64,000 bases of DNA from Fimicolochytrium jonesii (lineage: Eukaryota): the NCBI RefSeq assembly GCF_025526975.1, contig NW_026515676.1, forward strand, positions 434,001 to 498,000, in the 5' to 3' direction. Within the stretch, counting starts at the first letter, position 1. Each line of letters opens with the position of its first letter. The notes below the pieces were generated by a model that saw nothing but the letters and a program-made list of their open reading frames with translations, did no database searches and had not been told where the DNA came from. Both the position numbers and the translations under genes were made by a program. Positions 12,993-29,229 of the stretch are shown here, piece after piece.

Positions 12993-14328
12993 CTACTTGG
13001 ACTTGGAAGAGAGAGCAACGACACCAGGGAGCTCCTTGCCTTCGAGCAACTCAAGACTGGCACCTCCGCCAGTGCTCACGTGGGAAAAGTCGGCTTCCCT
13101 GTTGGCCTTGGCGACGGCGGTGGCGGTGTCACCTCCACCAACGATCGTCGTGGCACCTCGCTTGGTAGCGGCAGCGCACGCTTCCAGTAGACTGTTTGTG
13201 CCTTCCGCAAACTTCTCAAACTCGAACACTCCGGCGGGACCGTTCCAGAGGATGGTCTTGGCATCCGCGAGGGCTTGCTTGGATTCCTCGTTGGTCTTCT
13301 TTCCCGAGTCGAGACCGAGCCATCCCTTTGGAATGCCTTCTTGCTTGGTGGCATAACCGACGTTGGCGTTGGCGTCGAACTTGTCGGCGATGACAAAGTC
13401 GACGGGGAGGTAGAACTTTACATTCTTGGCCTTTGCTTTGTCAACAAGCTTCTGTACGATCTTGGAACCCTCCTCGTCGAACAGGGAGTTTCCAATCTCA
13501 ACACCTTCCAGTGTCTTGAGGAAGGTGAAGGCCATTCCTCCGCAGATGATGCACGCGTTGACCTTGTCCAGCAGGTTGTCAATGAGCTGGATCTTGTCAG
13601 ACACCTTGGCTCCACCGAGGATGGCGACGAAGGGGCTCTCAGGGGACTCCAAGGCCTTGGCGAAGAAGTCGAGCTCCTTCTTCATGAGGAAACCCGCGGC
13701 CTTGATGGGAAGGTTTACGCCGACCATGGAGCTGTGTGCGCGGTGGGCGGTACCGAAGGCATCGTTGACATACACGTCTCCCAGCTTGGAGAGCGATGCG
13801 CGGAACTTGTCGACATCCTCCTTAGGTGCCTTTATCTTATTGCCCTCCTTGTCCTTGACGGATCCCTCCTCCTCAATGTGGAACCGCAAGTTCTCCAATA
13901 GGATGACTTCTCCGTTCGAGGCCTTTGCGCAGTGCTGCTCGACCTTTTCGCCGACGCAATCGTCCAGGAAGGTAACTTTTGTGCCCAGCTGCTTTTCAAC
14001 TTCGGCAGCAACTGGCTTCAGAGAGTACTTTGGAACGACCTTGCCGTCGGGGCGCCCAAGATGGCTCATGAGGACGACGCTCTTAGCACCCTTCTCCAAA
14101 GCATACTTGATCGTGGGGATTGCGGCGACGATACGCTGGTTGTTGGAGATTTTGCCGTCTGCGAAAGGCACGTTGAAGTCAACGCTGGGGATAGAGGGTG
14201 GAGGAATAAAGCGTGAGCGCTTTGTTACAATTGTCCTTCTTTAGCATTGCCCATCCGGCTCACCGAATAAGGACACGTTTGTCCTTGATATCAACGTCCT
14301 GGATGCCGAGCTTGTTGCTAAGAGACAT
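12993..14328 (-). CDS. PGK1: Phosphoglycerate kinase
   Basis: MSLSNKL...[32 protein letters not shown] and [20 protein letters not shown]; one intron at ~14187-14263. Confidence 0.98.
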
Positions 14329-14697
14329 GGTTGCGTATTTGTTGGGATGAGTAGTGCGGTGCGGTTGAGTGATAATGCGTATGAGATGGCTAGACCAGGA
14401 GATGTTGGGTTTGGTCAGATGATAACGATGGAAGGTGCGAAGTGGAAGGCAACATGACGGGCATCGATGGGAAACAACGGGTGAAGCCGGGGCGGGTTGT
14501 TCAGACCGTTTCTAACCAGTTATTTTCTGGTTTCCTTAAGCTTGCCCCCAACCACATGTGCACGGCAACAGGCACCAGTTGTCGGAGGCCGTCAGCAACC
14601 ATAGCAGCAACCCGCCGTCCGTATTAATCGTGCGTCGATGAATGCAATGGCGAGAGAAGGGTAGGTCTATCGTCGGCGGACAGCAATTAGGGTGTTA

Positions 14698-14726
14698 CTA
14701 ACCCTAACCCTAACCTTAACCCTAAC
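14698..14726 (+). repeat. Interstitial telomeric tract, about 4-5 units of CCCTAA
   Basis: ctaaccctaaccctaaccttaaccctaac. Confidence 0.9.
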
Positions 14727-14744
14727 TGGGGCACTTAACAATTA

Positions 14745-15081
14745 CAGTAACTTCTCGTTTATTTCAATTCCGGTTACTTCAACTTTCGCTTATTTCAACG
14801 GTCAGAGGGTTAGGGTTAGGGTTAGGGTTCGGGTAACATTGACTTTGACAACACTGAGAGCACGAGGCTTGAGCACACTGAAGAGTTCATTGCTCGCCAG
14901 ATTCTTAGTGAGGAAGGGTTGGAGGTTATGGGGTTAGCCTAGGGAGTGCCTGTTTACCGAGCTTAGCGCAGGTTTTAGTTGCGTACCTGTTTGTATACCC
15001 TTAGTATGAGGAGGATTTCAGATATTTCAACTTTCGCTTATTTCAAGGGTCAACGGTGTTGAAATAAACGAGAAGTTACTG
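14745..15081. mobile_element. Non-autonomous pogo/Tc1-mariner-type DNA transposon (MITE), 337 bp
   Basis: Perfect 23-bp TIRs cagtaacttctcgtttatttcaa (14745-14767) and ttgaaataaacgagaagttactg (15059-15081), with TA on both sides. A 27-bp subterminal direct repeat lies at 14778-14804 and 15026-15052 (1 mismatch). Confidence 0.9.
14806..14834 (+). repeat. Telomeric TTAGGG tract (about 4 units) inside the MITE
   Basis: agggttagggttagggttagggttcgggt. Confidence 0.9.
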
Positions 15082-16783
15082 TAGAGTATGTGTGCTCAAA
15101 GGTAGCGTGGATAGCAAACACGGGTAGCGTCGTTAGCAACTTTCTTTGGTAAAGTACCGATTGGCCAATCCCTGAAGGCCGCCTTTCCACTCCCTGACTG
15201 GGAGCCCAAGGACATATAAGCATCTAAATACTCTGGGTTTAAGGGAATGTTACTGGATCTGGATGCCGTATTCTGTGGCGACGCAGGATCTGCGATACCG
15301 TCCCGGCAAGCGCCATCCTCCCGCAATAAGGGCTCCATTTTTTACAAAGTTCCGACAGCGCTCCTCGAAAGGCAAAGAGACCCCAGACGATTCAGCCATC
15401 GATGAGGTTGCCCCGTCTACACATGTCACGCCTGTCACTTGAGGTCCCGTTAAACGGCGGAGTACTTCACATCGAGGACGTGGCGGAACCACAATCGGCT
15501 CGTCTTCAGGTCCAGTTCAGATAGTGGCGTAAGCATCGAGACCGGACTGTCAAAAGACTTCGATTTAAGCAGCGGCTCACCGCCAGGTCGGTTATCGGCG
15601 CTACGAAAATCGGATATGGTATGGGAAATCGAACGACACCGTCGGGCTCATATATATGAGAGTGGCCAACTCAGAGCGGTTATGGAGGCTGCTGTCAACG
15701 GTGGTCGCTGTGCTGCGCGCTCGCGTTGTCGTCGTCGATCCGGCATTCGGATCGGCGATTTATGAGCGAGATCGACGTTCTACGATCCCCAATAGCATCC
15801 GCAAAGACACTTTCCACGCATTTCTCAACGCCTCTTTCATTTGCCATTTGCAACGCCAAGAGCTGGCCGAAGGGAAGGGGAAGAAAAAGGCAGCCCTCCC
15901 TCTCTCGCCCTTGCTCGCGGCTCTGGTTTTCTCTCCTTCGGCCCTTCCGTCGGTTTTCCTGCTTTTCGGTCGGCAAACCACGAAACATGTGTGCAACGGC
16001 AGAGGAGGGTTTTGGGTCTGGATGTGGGGGGATAGGCCGGAACTCGCACGGATCCCGCAGGGAACTTCTCTCGGCGGCTTGCACCAGAATCGTCGAGCGC
16101 AACATCGAACCGAAAGCGAGATACAGTAAACGCTACGCAACATAACGACAGGAACAATTCGGATTACATTCTGTACTGGACGGAATTACCCCGCCTTGCT
16201 ATGGTCCAAACGATCAACGAATCGCCCGCATCGAAAACTCGATTTAAGTTATGATATACGAAGAGAGAAAACCGAGGACCTATGACAAAGGTTCGAAAAA
16301 CGAACATTGCTACCGTGCCTTTCACATCGCCCCACCACCCAAAAAAGAGGACGTGTCAGCAAGCCTCCATACTTGGGAGGTGGAAAATTCCGGAAAAATG
16401 GGGAAGATAGGTTCCAAACTAGCTGGACGAGTTCGGTATGTAAGAGGGCGATGCGGAGCGGGTTCATCGCTACGACGGCATGAAAGCGTGTCGGAACAGC
16501 GTGGGGTTTCGATTGGGAAACCGGAGTAGACGCGCGGTGTGTCGGGCACCGTCGTACGCCCCGAATGGGATAGAGCGGTCGGGAAGGGAAGACCGCTCGC
16601 TTGATATCCGTCCCGTCCACTGAGCATCCGAGTATCTTATCTGTCGCGATCGCCATCGCATGGCCAACCGCCAAGCCCAATGAAAGAACTCGATATAGGC
16701 ACGCGTGCACTGAAGAACGCTGCAAAGCAATGCTACAGTCTGGAAGCCGCCATCGCATTTTCCAAGCACATCAACATCGATCG

Positions 16784-19502
16784 TCACGCATTCTTCCCTT
16801 GAGGCACCGGGGTATCCGGAATAAGTGCCGTCGAGGTCGCCGATCCCAACTTCGGACCTGCCTTGCTACTGTGATTCGTGATAGCACTGTCGCCAGATGC
16901 CCGGCCAGCTGCAACGCTACTTCCGCCTCCAGCGCCATTCGTACCCGCGGCTGGACCTCCACCAGTATCGGCAATGTTGAATTTTCGCTGCTTTTTGGAG
17001 TAGGCGAGACCGCAGGCGTTACATAGGCTAAAATGGAATGGAGGGAGGGAGGGACAGACGCCCGGTTAGCCGCGAATTCGAAAATACGGCAGCGGCGAAA
17101 TGGAGTGACTCACGTTTTGGGACCATCGGGGCCTTTACGCCACTCCGGGGACGACGTTGTCCCACACTGGCGACAAAAGAGCTCTTCGCTTCTCGGGGCT
17201 TTCCGCTATTCGCAGGAAGAATGGAGTGGATCGAGACGCATCAGCAAATCCTTTCGGCAATTCACGCGACATCTCTCTACCGCCATGAAATCCCAAAATT
17301 ACCTTTCGTTTCGGCGGAGCACTCGGTTCAGATTTCTCCTTGACGCCAATATTAATATCCGAAACGGCCACGAGGCTACTTGAAGACAAAGACTGGTCCT
17401 TGTCTCCGCGATACGATGCTTTGTCTTTCATGCCTGCATTATCTGACAAAGATCCAGCTTGCTGATCACCGACCGGTCGCCCCGTTTCCAAATCATTGAA
17501 TGGTTCGAAAGATTCTGGATCGTGTGGATGTGGGATCCGTGGCGACGGTGGACCCACCCGAAGCAACGGATGCGTTCCGGGATCTATCCCGCGTTCCCGG
17601 AGTTCCACGCTGAGCTGGCGCCGTAAGCGCAGATTTTCGATCCGGTACTCTAACAGCGAGTCGACTGCTAGCGACGCTTTCGAACGGTATTCTCGAGCGG
17701 TTAGAACTACGCAACGTGCCGTGCCCACCGAGGAAGCCGCATTGGCAGCACCGGGCCCGTTCGTCAAGCTCTTGATATGCTTGTCATCCATCAGCTGTTT
17801 GCCTCGCACCTCCAGCAATACGAAATCGCCGGCTTTCTTTTGGTATCTCAGATACATCGTGCACGATGGTGGCACGCTAATGCCGGTCGCACTGGAAGCC
17901 GACGTTCCATCACCCCCCGAGAGATCTTGGCTCTGCAGGGTCCGCAGCAGAGGTGCACGGTCTTCCCGGTGCAAAATTTCGGAGACATGATGCCCCGCTA
18001 GATCGTTACCAGTATAGCCCAGGAACCGCTTCACGGAAGGCGAACAGTACACGATTGTTCCGGATGGAGTGACGACGTGAAGGAAGTCATCTAGCTCGTT
18101 CAACAACCTTCGATATCCCTCTTCGGTCGCTGTGAAATGGGATATGACTGAGGTGACATGGCGCGACAGGTTCGCTTTTGCGGTGTTGTGCGAGTCTTCC
18201 GATCCTGTGGCTTCTGATGCGCCGTCACCATGCCCGTCGCCTGAATCAGGCGTCGATCGATATCCTACGTAATAGCAGCAACTATCAACGCTTCTGATCA
18301 TCGAAATAAGGACAGCACACCAATGCAACTGGTAATTGCACGATCACGGCTGCGCAAGGAAGATTTCGAGGTCGATACTTACGATTATCTTTGGACGGCT
18401 CACTTCGTCTCCGCGGCACCTGTTGATAATGCGATTGCTGCCCTTGCGACTGCTGCCCTTGCGACTGCTGCGTCGACGGGTATGTGGGCGGTAGCGCTTG
18501 GAATGACTGGAAAGGGGATGGAGATGCAGAGGACGATTTGCGTGCAGCTGCGGATGGGAAAGGAGTGGGTAACATCGAGCTCGGACTTGGAGTTCCGTCG
18601 ACTCCTCGCGAGGGATACTGCAATTGCGGCGGGAGTATATTCGCTAAGAGGAAATTACTTTGCCTGGCGGTAGATGCATCTGCTTGGCCCGACTGCGGCA
18701 CCGGTGGATTTTGACCAGGCTGTGGAAGCTGGGAGGATGTTGGGAGTGGCAATCCAGGGCCTCGCTCTCCGGCGCCGCCTATGGACTGCTGACCATAGCC
18801 TTTCAACGGTCCTTCCGTCGAGTCGACATTTACGCCCCCACTCGCCATGTATGTGTCATAGCCATATTGCATGGCCATTGATGAGTTCGGTCGCTGAGAC
18901 GGTTGGCCGGATGCTCGGGTATCTGGCCCGGAAGGGTAAAGAGGCGCCGATGTGGGATTGTATTGTATCGCCCCCGATCCGTTCGATGCTCCGCTGTCTC
19001 CGAATTGGTATCTATGCTGTGGAACGTGCCCAGGCATAGATCCTTGAGGCTGCATTACAAACTGCTGGGAATCTGCTGCGGGATACCGGTGATATGGCTG
19101 ATTATTGGGCGAAGCAGATGTGGGGTAAGGAGCAGCGTAGCTCGACGCAGGTGGGATGAGAGGCGGTTGTTGATATTGCCCTGACGGTAAGTTATTGTAC
19201 ATATTCGTGGAAATAGGCGGTGGTGGATAATTTCTGGGTTGATATGGCACCGCTGCAGGCGGTTGTGGTTGCTGTGGAAGATACGGGTTCCCTATGCCTC
19301 CCGGTGGTTGAGGAGGGACCTGCTGCTGCATATATCCGCCGGATGGCTGTTGTTGAATTGGATTCCCTATCTGAGGTAAAGGCGGCGGTGGAGGGTAATT
19401 CGTACTTGGGTACTGTTGTGAATGCAGCTGCTGCTGTTGTTCTTCGCGCCAGCTGGTTGCGCCATTGTCATAAACGCTACCCTGTTCTGGTGGACGATCC
19501 AT
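16784..19502 (-). CDS. White collar-2-like PAS-domain GATA zinc-finger transcription factor
   Basis: Q/P-rich N-terminus and a PAS domain ([21 protein letters not shown]...LHRED). Also [17 protein letters not shown] and the spliced GATA finger [30 protein letters not shown]. Confidence 0.85.
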
Positions 19503-20277
19503 CTTCACGCCTATTGTATTGTGGCGGATCCTCTCCTGGTGGCTTTTCCAATATAAAGTTCGTTCGTGGTGGTTCAGACTCCTGAGGAGGACTTTACCGC
19601 GAAAGGTTTGGCTATGGAGGCGAGAGGGTGTTTTCGATTCCCACTGCGACTTGGCGGAACCAATTGCCTTCTTTCGAGCAAAGCGGAGTCGTTTCCCGTG
19701 TGCAATCGGCGACCAGCCGTGGGCTAGACGCGGGGCAAACGTGCGGCGAGATAGACGAAGAGCGAGAAGCTTGTGTCTGAACGCAAGCCCTGATGACTGC
19801 CCGACCACCTCCTTGTTCTTGGTGTCCGGATTGAGCAAGTTGAGCACGTTGAGCAGTTGCGCAAGACGAGGCAAGGCAAGGGCTGATCCTGGAAGGATCC
19901 TTTACGGCGATCCCACTTTTTGCCGACGCTAACTGCTGATTTACATTAGCGCCCTGATTAGCCCCAGAAGGAAGAGTCAGCGTGGCGCTCCAATGCTCCG
20001 TCCCCCTTTTGCCAGAAACACGCAGATCCGGCCGTGACATCACGGGAGGGTGTATGACTGCTACAGCACCCACGGCTCGAAGTCACCGGCCCCCCCGCGT
20101 CCTCGTGCTTCGACGTTCCGAGAAAGTGGTAAATGGACCAACCCAATACCCCCGGCGATCATATTTTTCCGTCATTTTGACAGGCGATGGCATCAAACGA
20201 CAGGGATTCAGATTCAAGCGAAAATGGGAGGAATCAACTCTTTGGGAAACGCAAACTGTCGTAGCAAAATTCGCCGT

Positions 20278-22444
20278 CTACCACATGAACCGCTGTATAA
20301 CGCCAGGCTCGGAAGGCCATGTGAACCCCTTCTCTCCAAATAGATATAGAGTCCCGACGTTGACTATGAGGAAGAAGATAAGCTCCCCCACACTACATGC
20401 AAGTGCAAATTCGGTTACTTGCTTCGTCGCAGTATTGACGGTGTGCTTCTTGGATGCTTTCGCTTGGCCGGTCTTCGAGTGAGGACCGGCATGTGTGCGG
20501 TTGCTTGCTGGTGACGAAGGGATGGTATGCACCCGATAGATCAGGAACGGGATGATGTAGTACCGGAAGTCAAAAAGAGGTGTTGGGACCAGTGTGACTG
20601 CTGTGCAGATCGCATACAGGGGTAAGAGTAGCGCTGGCTGGCGAGGAGTCGAGACTGAAATTTCCCATGTAGGCCGTCAGTTACACTTTCGTTTCGTGGC
20701 ATCGGCTTCAGGTAAAGGGCACTGCAGATACCCACCAAATCTGCGGAAACACGACCAGGCCGCAAACACGTATCCCGGCACCACGGCATATCGTGCCAAT
20801 GGGTGTCGGCGGTATACATTCTTCCAGATGTAGAACGAGTAGTGTCGATTGTCCGCAAGTAAGAATGGGTGCTCGATTCTGTTTCCGAAACATGGTGGTG
20901 AGACCGAACTCTCGCACCGGATTCGTGCTGAATGTGCGCGCAAGACACCTACGTGAATTCTCGCACGGTACAAGCGATGCTCAATATGTAGACGGCCGTC
21001 AGCACAACTGTCGATAAACTAACCAACGAGGGGTATGAGAAAGTGGATATCTCCGTTTCCGAAAGCCCGACACCGCTTACCATCCGCGGGCAGACCGGCA
21101 CTTCCGTCCCACATCCTCTAACGCGCTTGTCCACTCGATTGTGAATATGCTGAATCCAAAGAGTGTGCAAATGAAATAGTATAGCTGTGGGATATGCAAG
21201 GTGGCGATGTGGTTTGATCTATCGCCTGATCATCGAATTCGTGAGTGATGTGACCATGTGAACACGCCGGCGACGCCGCTTGAATTTACCTAGCACGATG
21301 CCATTGTTCCAGTAGACGAAGCCCACAAAAGTCAGCGCAACGCTGATGTACGGCCAGAGGCAGAATACCAAAGGCCCGATCTGTGTGGTAGCCGCCATCA
21401 CGAACTTCGCAACAAGATTCAGAAAGGCTCCTGAAATGCCGCGAATAGCTTCCTTAAGTACTGCAGCCATGCGCATGTCCCCATTCCGTACGCCCCCGCC
21501 ACCAACCTGGGCCTCGTAGGTCACTGAAAGAAACATCATGAAATGACGTCTTCCTCCCAGCACCAGTCGTCGAAAGCAACCTCAAAGTCGCAGCTCCGGC
21601 CGCAAACATGATCCAGATAACGTTTGTTTGCCTGTAGGTGACCGACACCAAACCTATCTTCGCAATACGAGACGGTGGAGAATGCGAGACCGGAAGTTAG
21701 GCAGATGCTCCACGGTGCGCAACGCAAACTCTACACCATCCTTCAGCACCAATAACGAGGAGGGTCGCGATACTCACAAGAGCACTCGACTTATGCCACC
21801 CTTTCACCGACATCAAATACGACAGCAAGACCCAAAATGTCGATCCGGGATCCGTGTAGTACAGCCCATGAAAAAAGTACGATATCGGCATCATTGACAA
21901 TGCCAATGCCTGCGGGACACAGCCTCGCACGCTCATTTTTGGGTTCAGTGTGCTGCCTAGTATCACGAGAACCACGTATGTCCCCAGAAGGAAAAGGAGA
22001 TTATGTGCCCGAAGACTTTCGGTGCTACACGCTGCCGCCCAGGAAGTCGAGGCCAACAATGAATGGAGCTTGCTGAGAAGATAGGACGTGATGTATCTAG
22101 GCAAACGTAGGCCGCATAAGAGCCTATGTCATGTCTACTTACAGGACGGAGGAACTCACAGTCCTGGTGGTGTTGTAATCTTGGGATCCCATACGTGAAA
22201 GTTGCCCAGGCAATATTGCTGAGCTTGCCTAACGTGGAATATCTCATCCTAAAAACCGGAGGAGTGGCGTTAACCTATTTCAGTCAGGTCACTTTCTTGA
22301 TGGACAGGCTGGGAAGCAACGGAGGTGAGCACGCACCATGTAAGGTTCGGGTGCTCTCAAATTCACATAGCGCTGACTGAGCCCACCCGCGAGCAGCAGC
22401 GGCGCGGCGCCTGCCAGCACCCAGGTGGCCGCAGACCGCTTCAT
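20278..22444 (-). CDS. ALG10: Dol-P-Glc alpha-1,2-glucosyltransferase
   Basis: [56 protein letters not shown] and C-terminal QRFMW*. Confidence 0.92.
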
Positions 22445-22691
22445 AGGGTACCCGTCGCAGGATCAACAGTGGCTATGGAGCTGTGAACAATGCTTTTTGA
22501 AGGACGGAAGGAAACCCCGGCCGAGTCCAAAAAGGTCAGAAGTCTCAGAAGTTGACCGCAACGGCGCTGTTCCCACGCGTGCCCCTGTGGAGCCTGTGGG
22601 TCGCCAGTTGACAGAGCTTTGGACGTCAGAAAAAGCCCCGGGTATACCTTGCAAGGAACACCCTCCTTCTCTTCAGAGGTCTATCGTAACG

Positions 22692-24186
22692 ATGCTGGAC
22701 CGCTTTGTGCGGCGTCTGTCGCATATCGACGCATTTCCCAAAGTCCAGCGCAACATTCAGCAACCAACAGGCTCCGGCGGCCTGGCGACATTACTGGTCG
22801 GAGTACTGCTAGCATATTTGACGCTCTCGGAGTTTGCCCAGTACAGGGCAGTCACACAGGACTACGAGTTTTTGGTGGACCAGACGAGGAGTAATGGTAA
22901 AGCGGACCTTGGGCTGCAGATCAACTTGGACTTGACGATTGCTACCCCTTGTCAACGTGAGTTGACGTTTTTGCCCCAGACGATGATGACATCTTGAAGA
23001 CATTGTCTGACCTGAGGTTGCGTTTGGTGAACAGAGTTAAGAGCAGATGTGTTGGACTATTCCGGAACGACGCTAGGTGTGTCACATCAACTGGAATCGA
23101 AGGAGGTAAAAACTAGGGGGTCGGAAAGAATGGGAGGACAGGACGAGAAGTGTAAACAGCGGACGTTTGTCGGTTGACAGGTTGTGTTCTCCACAAAAGG
23201 CACGCGGTTGTTTCGGTAAGAGGGGAATATCATTGAAAGGAGCAACACTACTTGGAATGCTGAGACCCCCGCCACATTGTGTAGGGACGTCAGTGGCAAA
23301 GATAAAGGCGTCAATGTCCATAAGATTGTTGGACAGGCGAAGAAAGCAGAGAAAGAGGACGCATCGGCACATCCCAATGGTGAATTTGCCCATAATGAAC
23401 GTCTCCGGCTTCACATGTCTTCTCACACTCTTTCTACCAACCCTTATTGCAGATGGGGCTGCGTGTAGAGTCACCGGCGCCTTGAAACTGGCGAAAGTGT
23501 CAGGGATGCTCCATTTCACAGCGCTTGGACACGGATATGCGGGCGGGCATACCCCACACGAAGGTCAGACTTCTATCAGTACAGCATAGAGCGTTCAATG
23601 CAGAAGATTGGCGCTTACCGTCCCCCATAAAACAACCCAGTGATGAACTTCACGCATCGAATCGACAAGCTGTCTTTCGGTGCCTACTACCCCGGCCTCC
23701 ACAACCCACTAGACCGGACACTCGAGCTCGCAAAGACACCACTGGACATGTTCCAATACTTCATTGCCGTGGTGCCTACCATCTACCTCGATAATCGACG
23801 TACCTTCGGCAGTAAGGTGCTGTTGACGAATCAGTATGCCGTGACGGATTACCAGAGATCGCTCGAGGGCCAGGCTGTCGGCGGTGTCCCAGGTAAGTGT
23901 GTAGGTGTCTAATCTATGCGCGAGGGGGTGGTTTCTCATGTCATGGTCCATCCGCTAGGCATTTTCATCAAGTACGACATAGAACCTATAATGGTGCGGA
24001 TAACTGAGTCACATCAGGGCTTCCTTAACTTCTTGACTCGATTATGTGGGATAATAGGAGGTATGAAAGCACGCTATGGATTATTCGTCCAAAGCAATGG
24101 CGTTGTTGACTGTTCTTGTGACAGGCATATTCGTTACCATCGGAATTCTGCTGGACGTTATACGGTGGATGATGAAATGGTTTTGA
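22692..24186 (+). CDS. ERV41: ER-Golgi intermediate compartment protein (Erv41/ERGIC2 family)
   Basis: IDAFPKV...SGGLAT, ACRVTGALKLAKVSGMLHFT, NFTHRIDKLSFG, FQYFIAVVPT, TNQYAVT, PGIFIKYDIEPI and RLCGIIGG. Confidence 0.85.
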
Positions 24187-24463
24187 TGTTCATAGCGGCT
24201 GTCTCCATTTGCGATCACGACTCGTCGCAGATTCTCATCCGTCGGTAGGCTCTCACGCCGTCGGTCTCCGCCTTGACATCCGTCACTGTCGACACTCTCA
24301 GATCCTACGGAACACTGTCCGCGCGAGCCCTGTCTACATAGCCGTCTCCAACTCAAGTTTGAAATGCTACCATAAATACAAAGGCATAGCTAGAGAGTGC
24401 CGTCGTATATATCCACGGACCCCGAACCGAATGCATTCATCTCCCACAGCCTACATAATCAAC

Positions 24464-24997
24464 TCAATACGACAGATTCTTCCTGCCCTTCAACATCCGC
24501 CGCTTAAGTATCATCCTTCCACCCAGCGTCCTCAACCGCTTCAGAAACCCATGCCGCCTCTTCCTCTTGATTGTGCTCGGTTGGTATTCTCGTCCGTAGC
24601 TGACGAAACGTGGACGGAGGGACGCTAGGAACGGGGATGGTGGGAGAGGGAGGAGGGAGGAGGTGATGGGCGTTGTTGCGGGGGAAGCTCTGATGTACAT
24701 CTGAGAGTGTCAGCGCGCGCAGAATGTAAATTGATAAAAGAGCGCTTTGACATATACCTTCGGTTGATGCTCGTTAGCCCTATTGGTGATCTCTGCGACA
24801 GCATCGTGCTACAGCCAAGGAAAGCGATCGGGATGTCAATCATCGGTAGGGCCTCATGAGGCATAGAATTTTCGATCCAACATCAGAACCTACCCGAAAG
24901 TGAGCCGGCCACAAACTCTACTCCCCACAAGCGAGCGACTCGGGGAGGCACCCAGTGAGAGACGGGATATCCCTGATATCAGTGATCTGAACTCCAT
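24464..24997 (-). CDS. MRPL34: Mitochondrial ribosomal protein bL34
   Basis: [39 protein letters not shown], with a presequence-like N-terminal exon. Confidence 0.9.
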
Positions 24998-25827
24998 GAT
25001 TATTGTGCCGTTTGTGATACGTTTGGTCCTGTATACAGAAGGAATCGATAGGCAGGAAGTTGAGTGCGTTTCCTCTCTCCTATCGATCTGTTTTACACTT
25101 TCTCCCCATATTCCTTCATGGGTTGTGAAGAACTTCCCTCGCCTCCCGGGAGCAGTACTTAAGAGCTCCCTCGGCCACATATGCGTGGCCGATCAGAAAC
25201 GTTTCCCACTTCACAACGTTGATATCAACCTGGTCATGCTCCCATAGACCTTCGCCACTCCATATCCACCCCGACATCAACACCTCGGTTGGACCTGTGT
25301 TGCCAAAATGTTGCTACTCCGCAGGAAGTGTGGCTTTTCTGACGAGTTCCGCCCGGGCTGTCCGGCGACTCTCGAGCCGGGGTCGACAGATGCTGCTGCT
25401 TCGGAGTACTCACTACAAGCCTGTAAGAACCGTCGAGTAGCTCACCTTCCCGCACTATCGTTGCTGGTGATGTTGCAGGGTTGCACGAATGGGCTTCGAT
25501 CGTCGGTCAACCCAGCACCTCGAACCCGCCTCGAACATAATTTAAAGATGTTTCCACGTGACCTTCTGCCAGACTGTCGCTCTTTGCACTCGCAGCATCC
25601 ATTATCCAGGAGGACACCAATCGAGAGCCTCGTTCAAGCATCGGAATTCATCGAATCCACGCAGAGCCTATTATTATAAGCCTTCCAAAGCCCGCAAAGT
25701 CGTAACAAAGATTTACAAATGAAAACAAAACGACTCTCCTCTAAATGGAGCTAAGGGGCTATTGAGGGAGGAAGGAAAATCCCCTACCTATGGTTTACAC
25801 CCGTCCCATACGCCAGAAGTTCCCCTT

Positions 25828-29229
<3,402 letters not shown>

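Noticed and set aside
14692..14937. ORF with LTLTLT/RVRVRV runs
   Set aside because: Translation artefact of the telomeric hexamers.
14745..15081. Possible Fanzor/TnpB ghost element or guide-RNA locus
   Set aside because: No RuvC/Fanzor ORF is present in the window and the ends look like ordinary pogo/Tc1 TIRs, so there is no positive evidence.
15096..16760. Many overlapping 60-170-aa ORFs on both strands
   Set aside because: No family motifs or coherent exon chain; consistent with GC-rich intergenic or UTR sequence.
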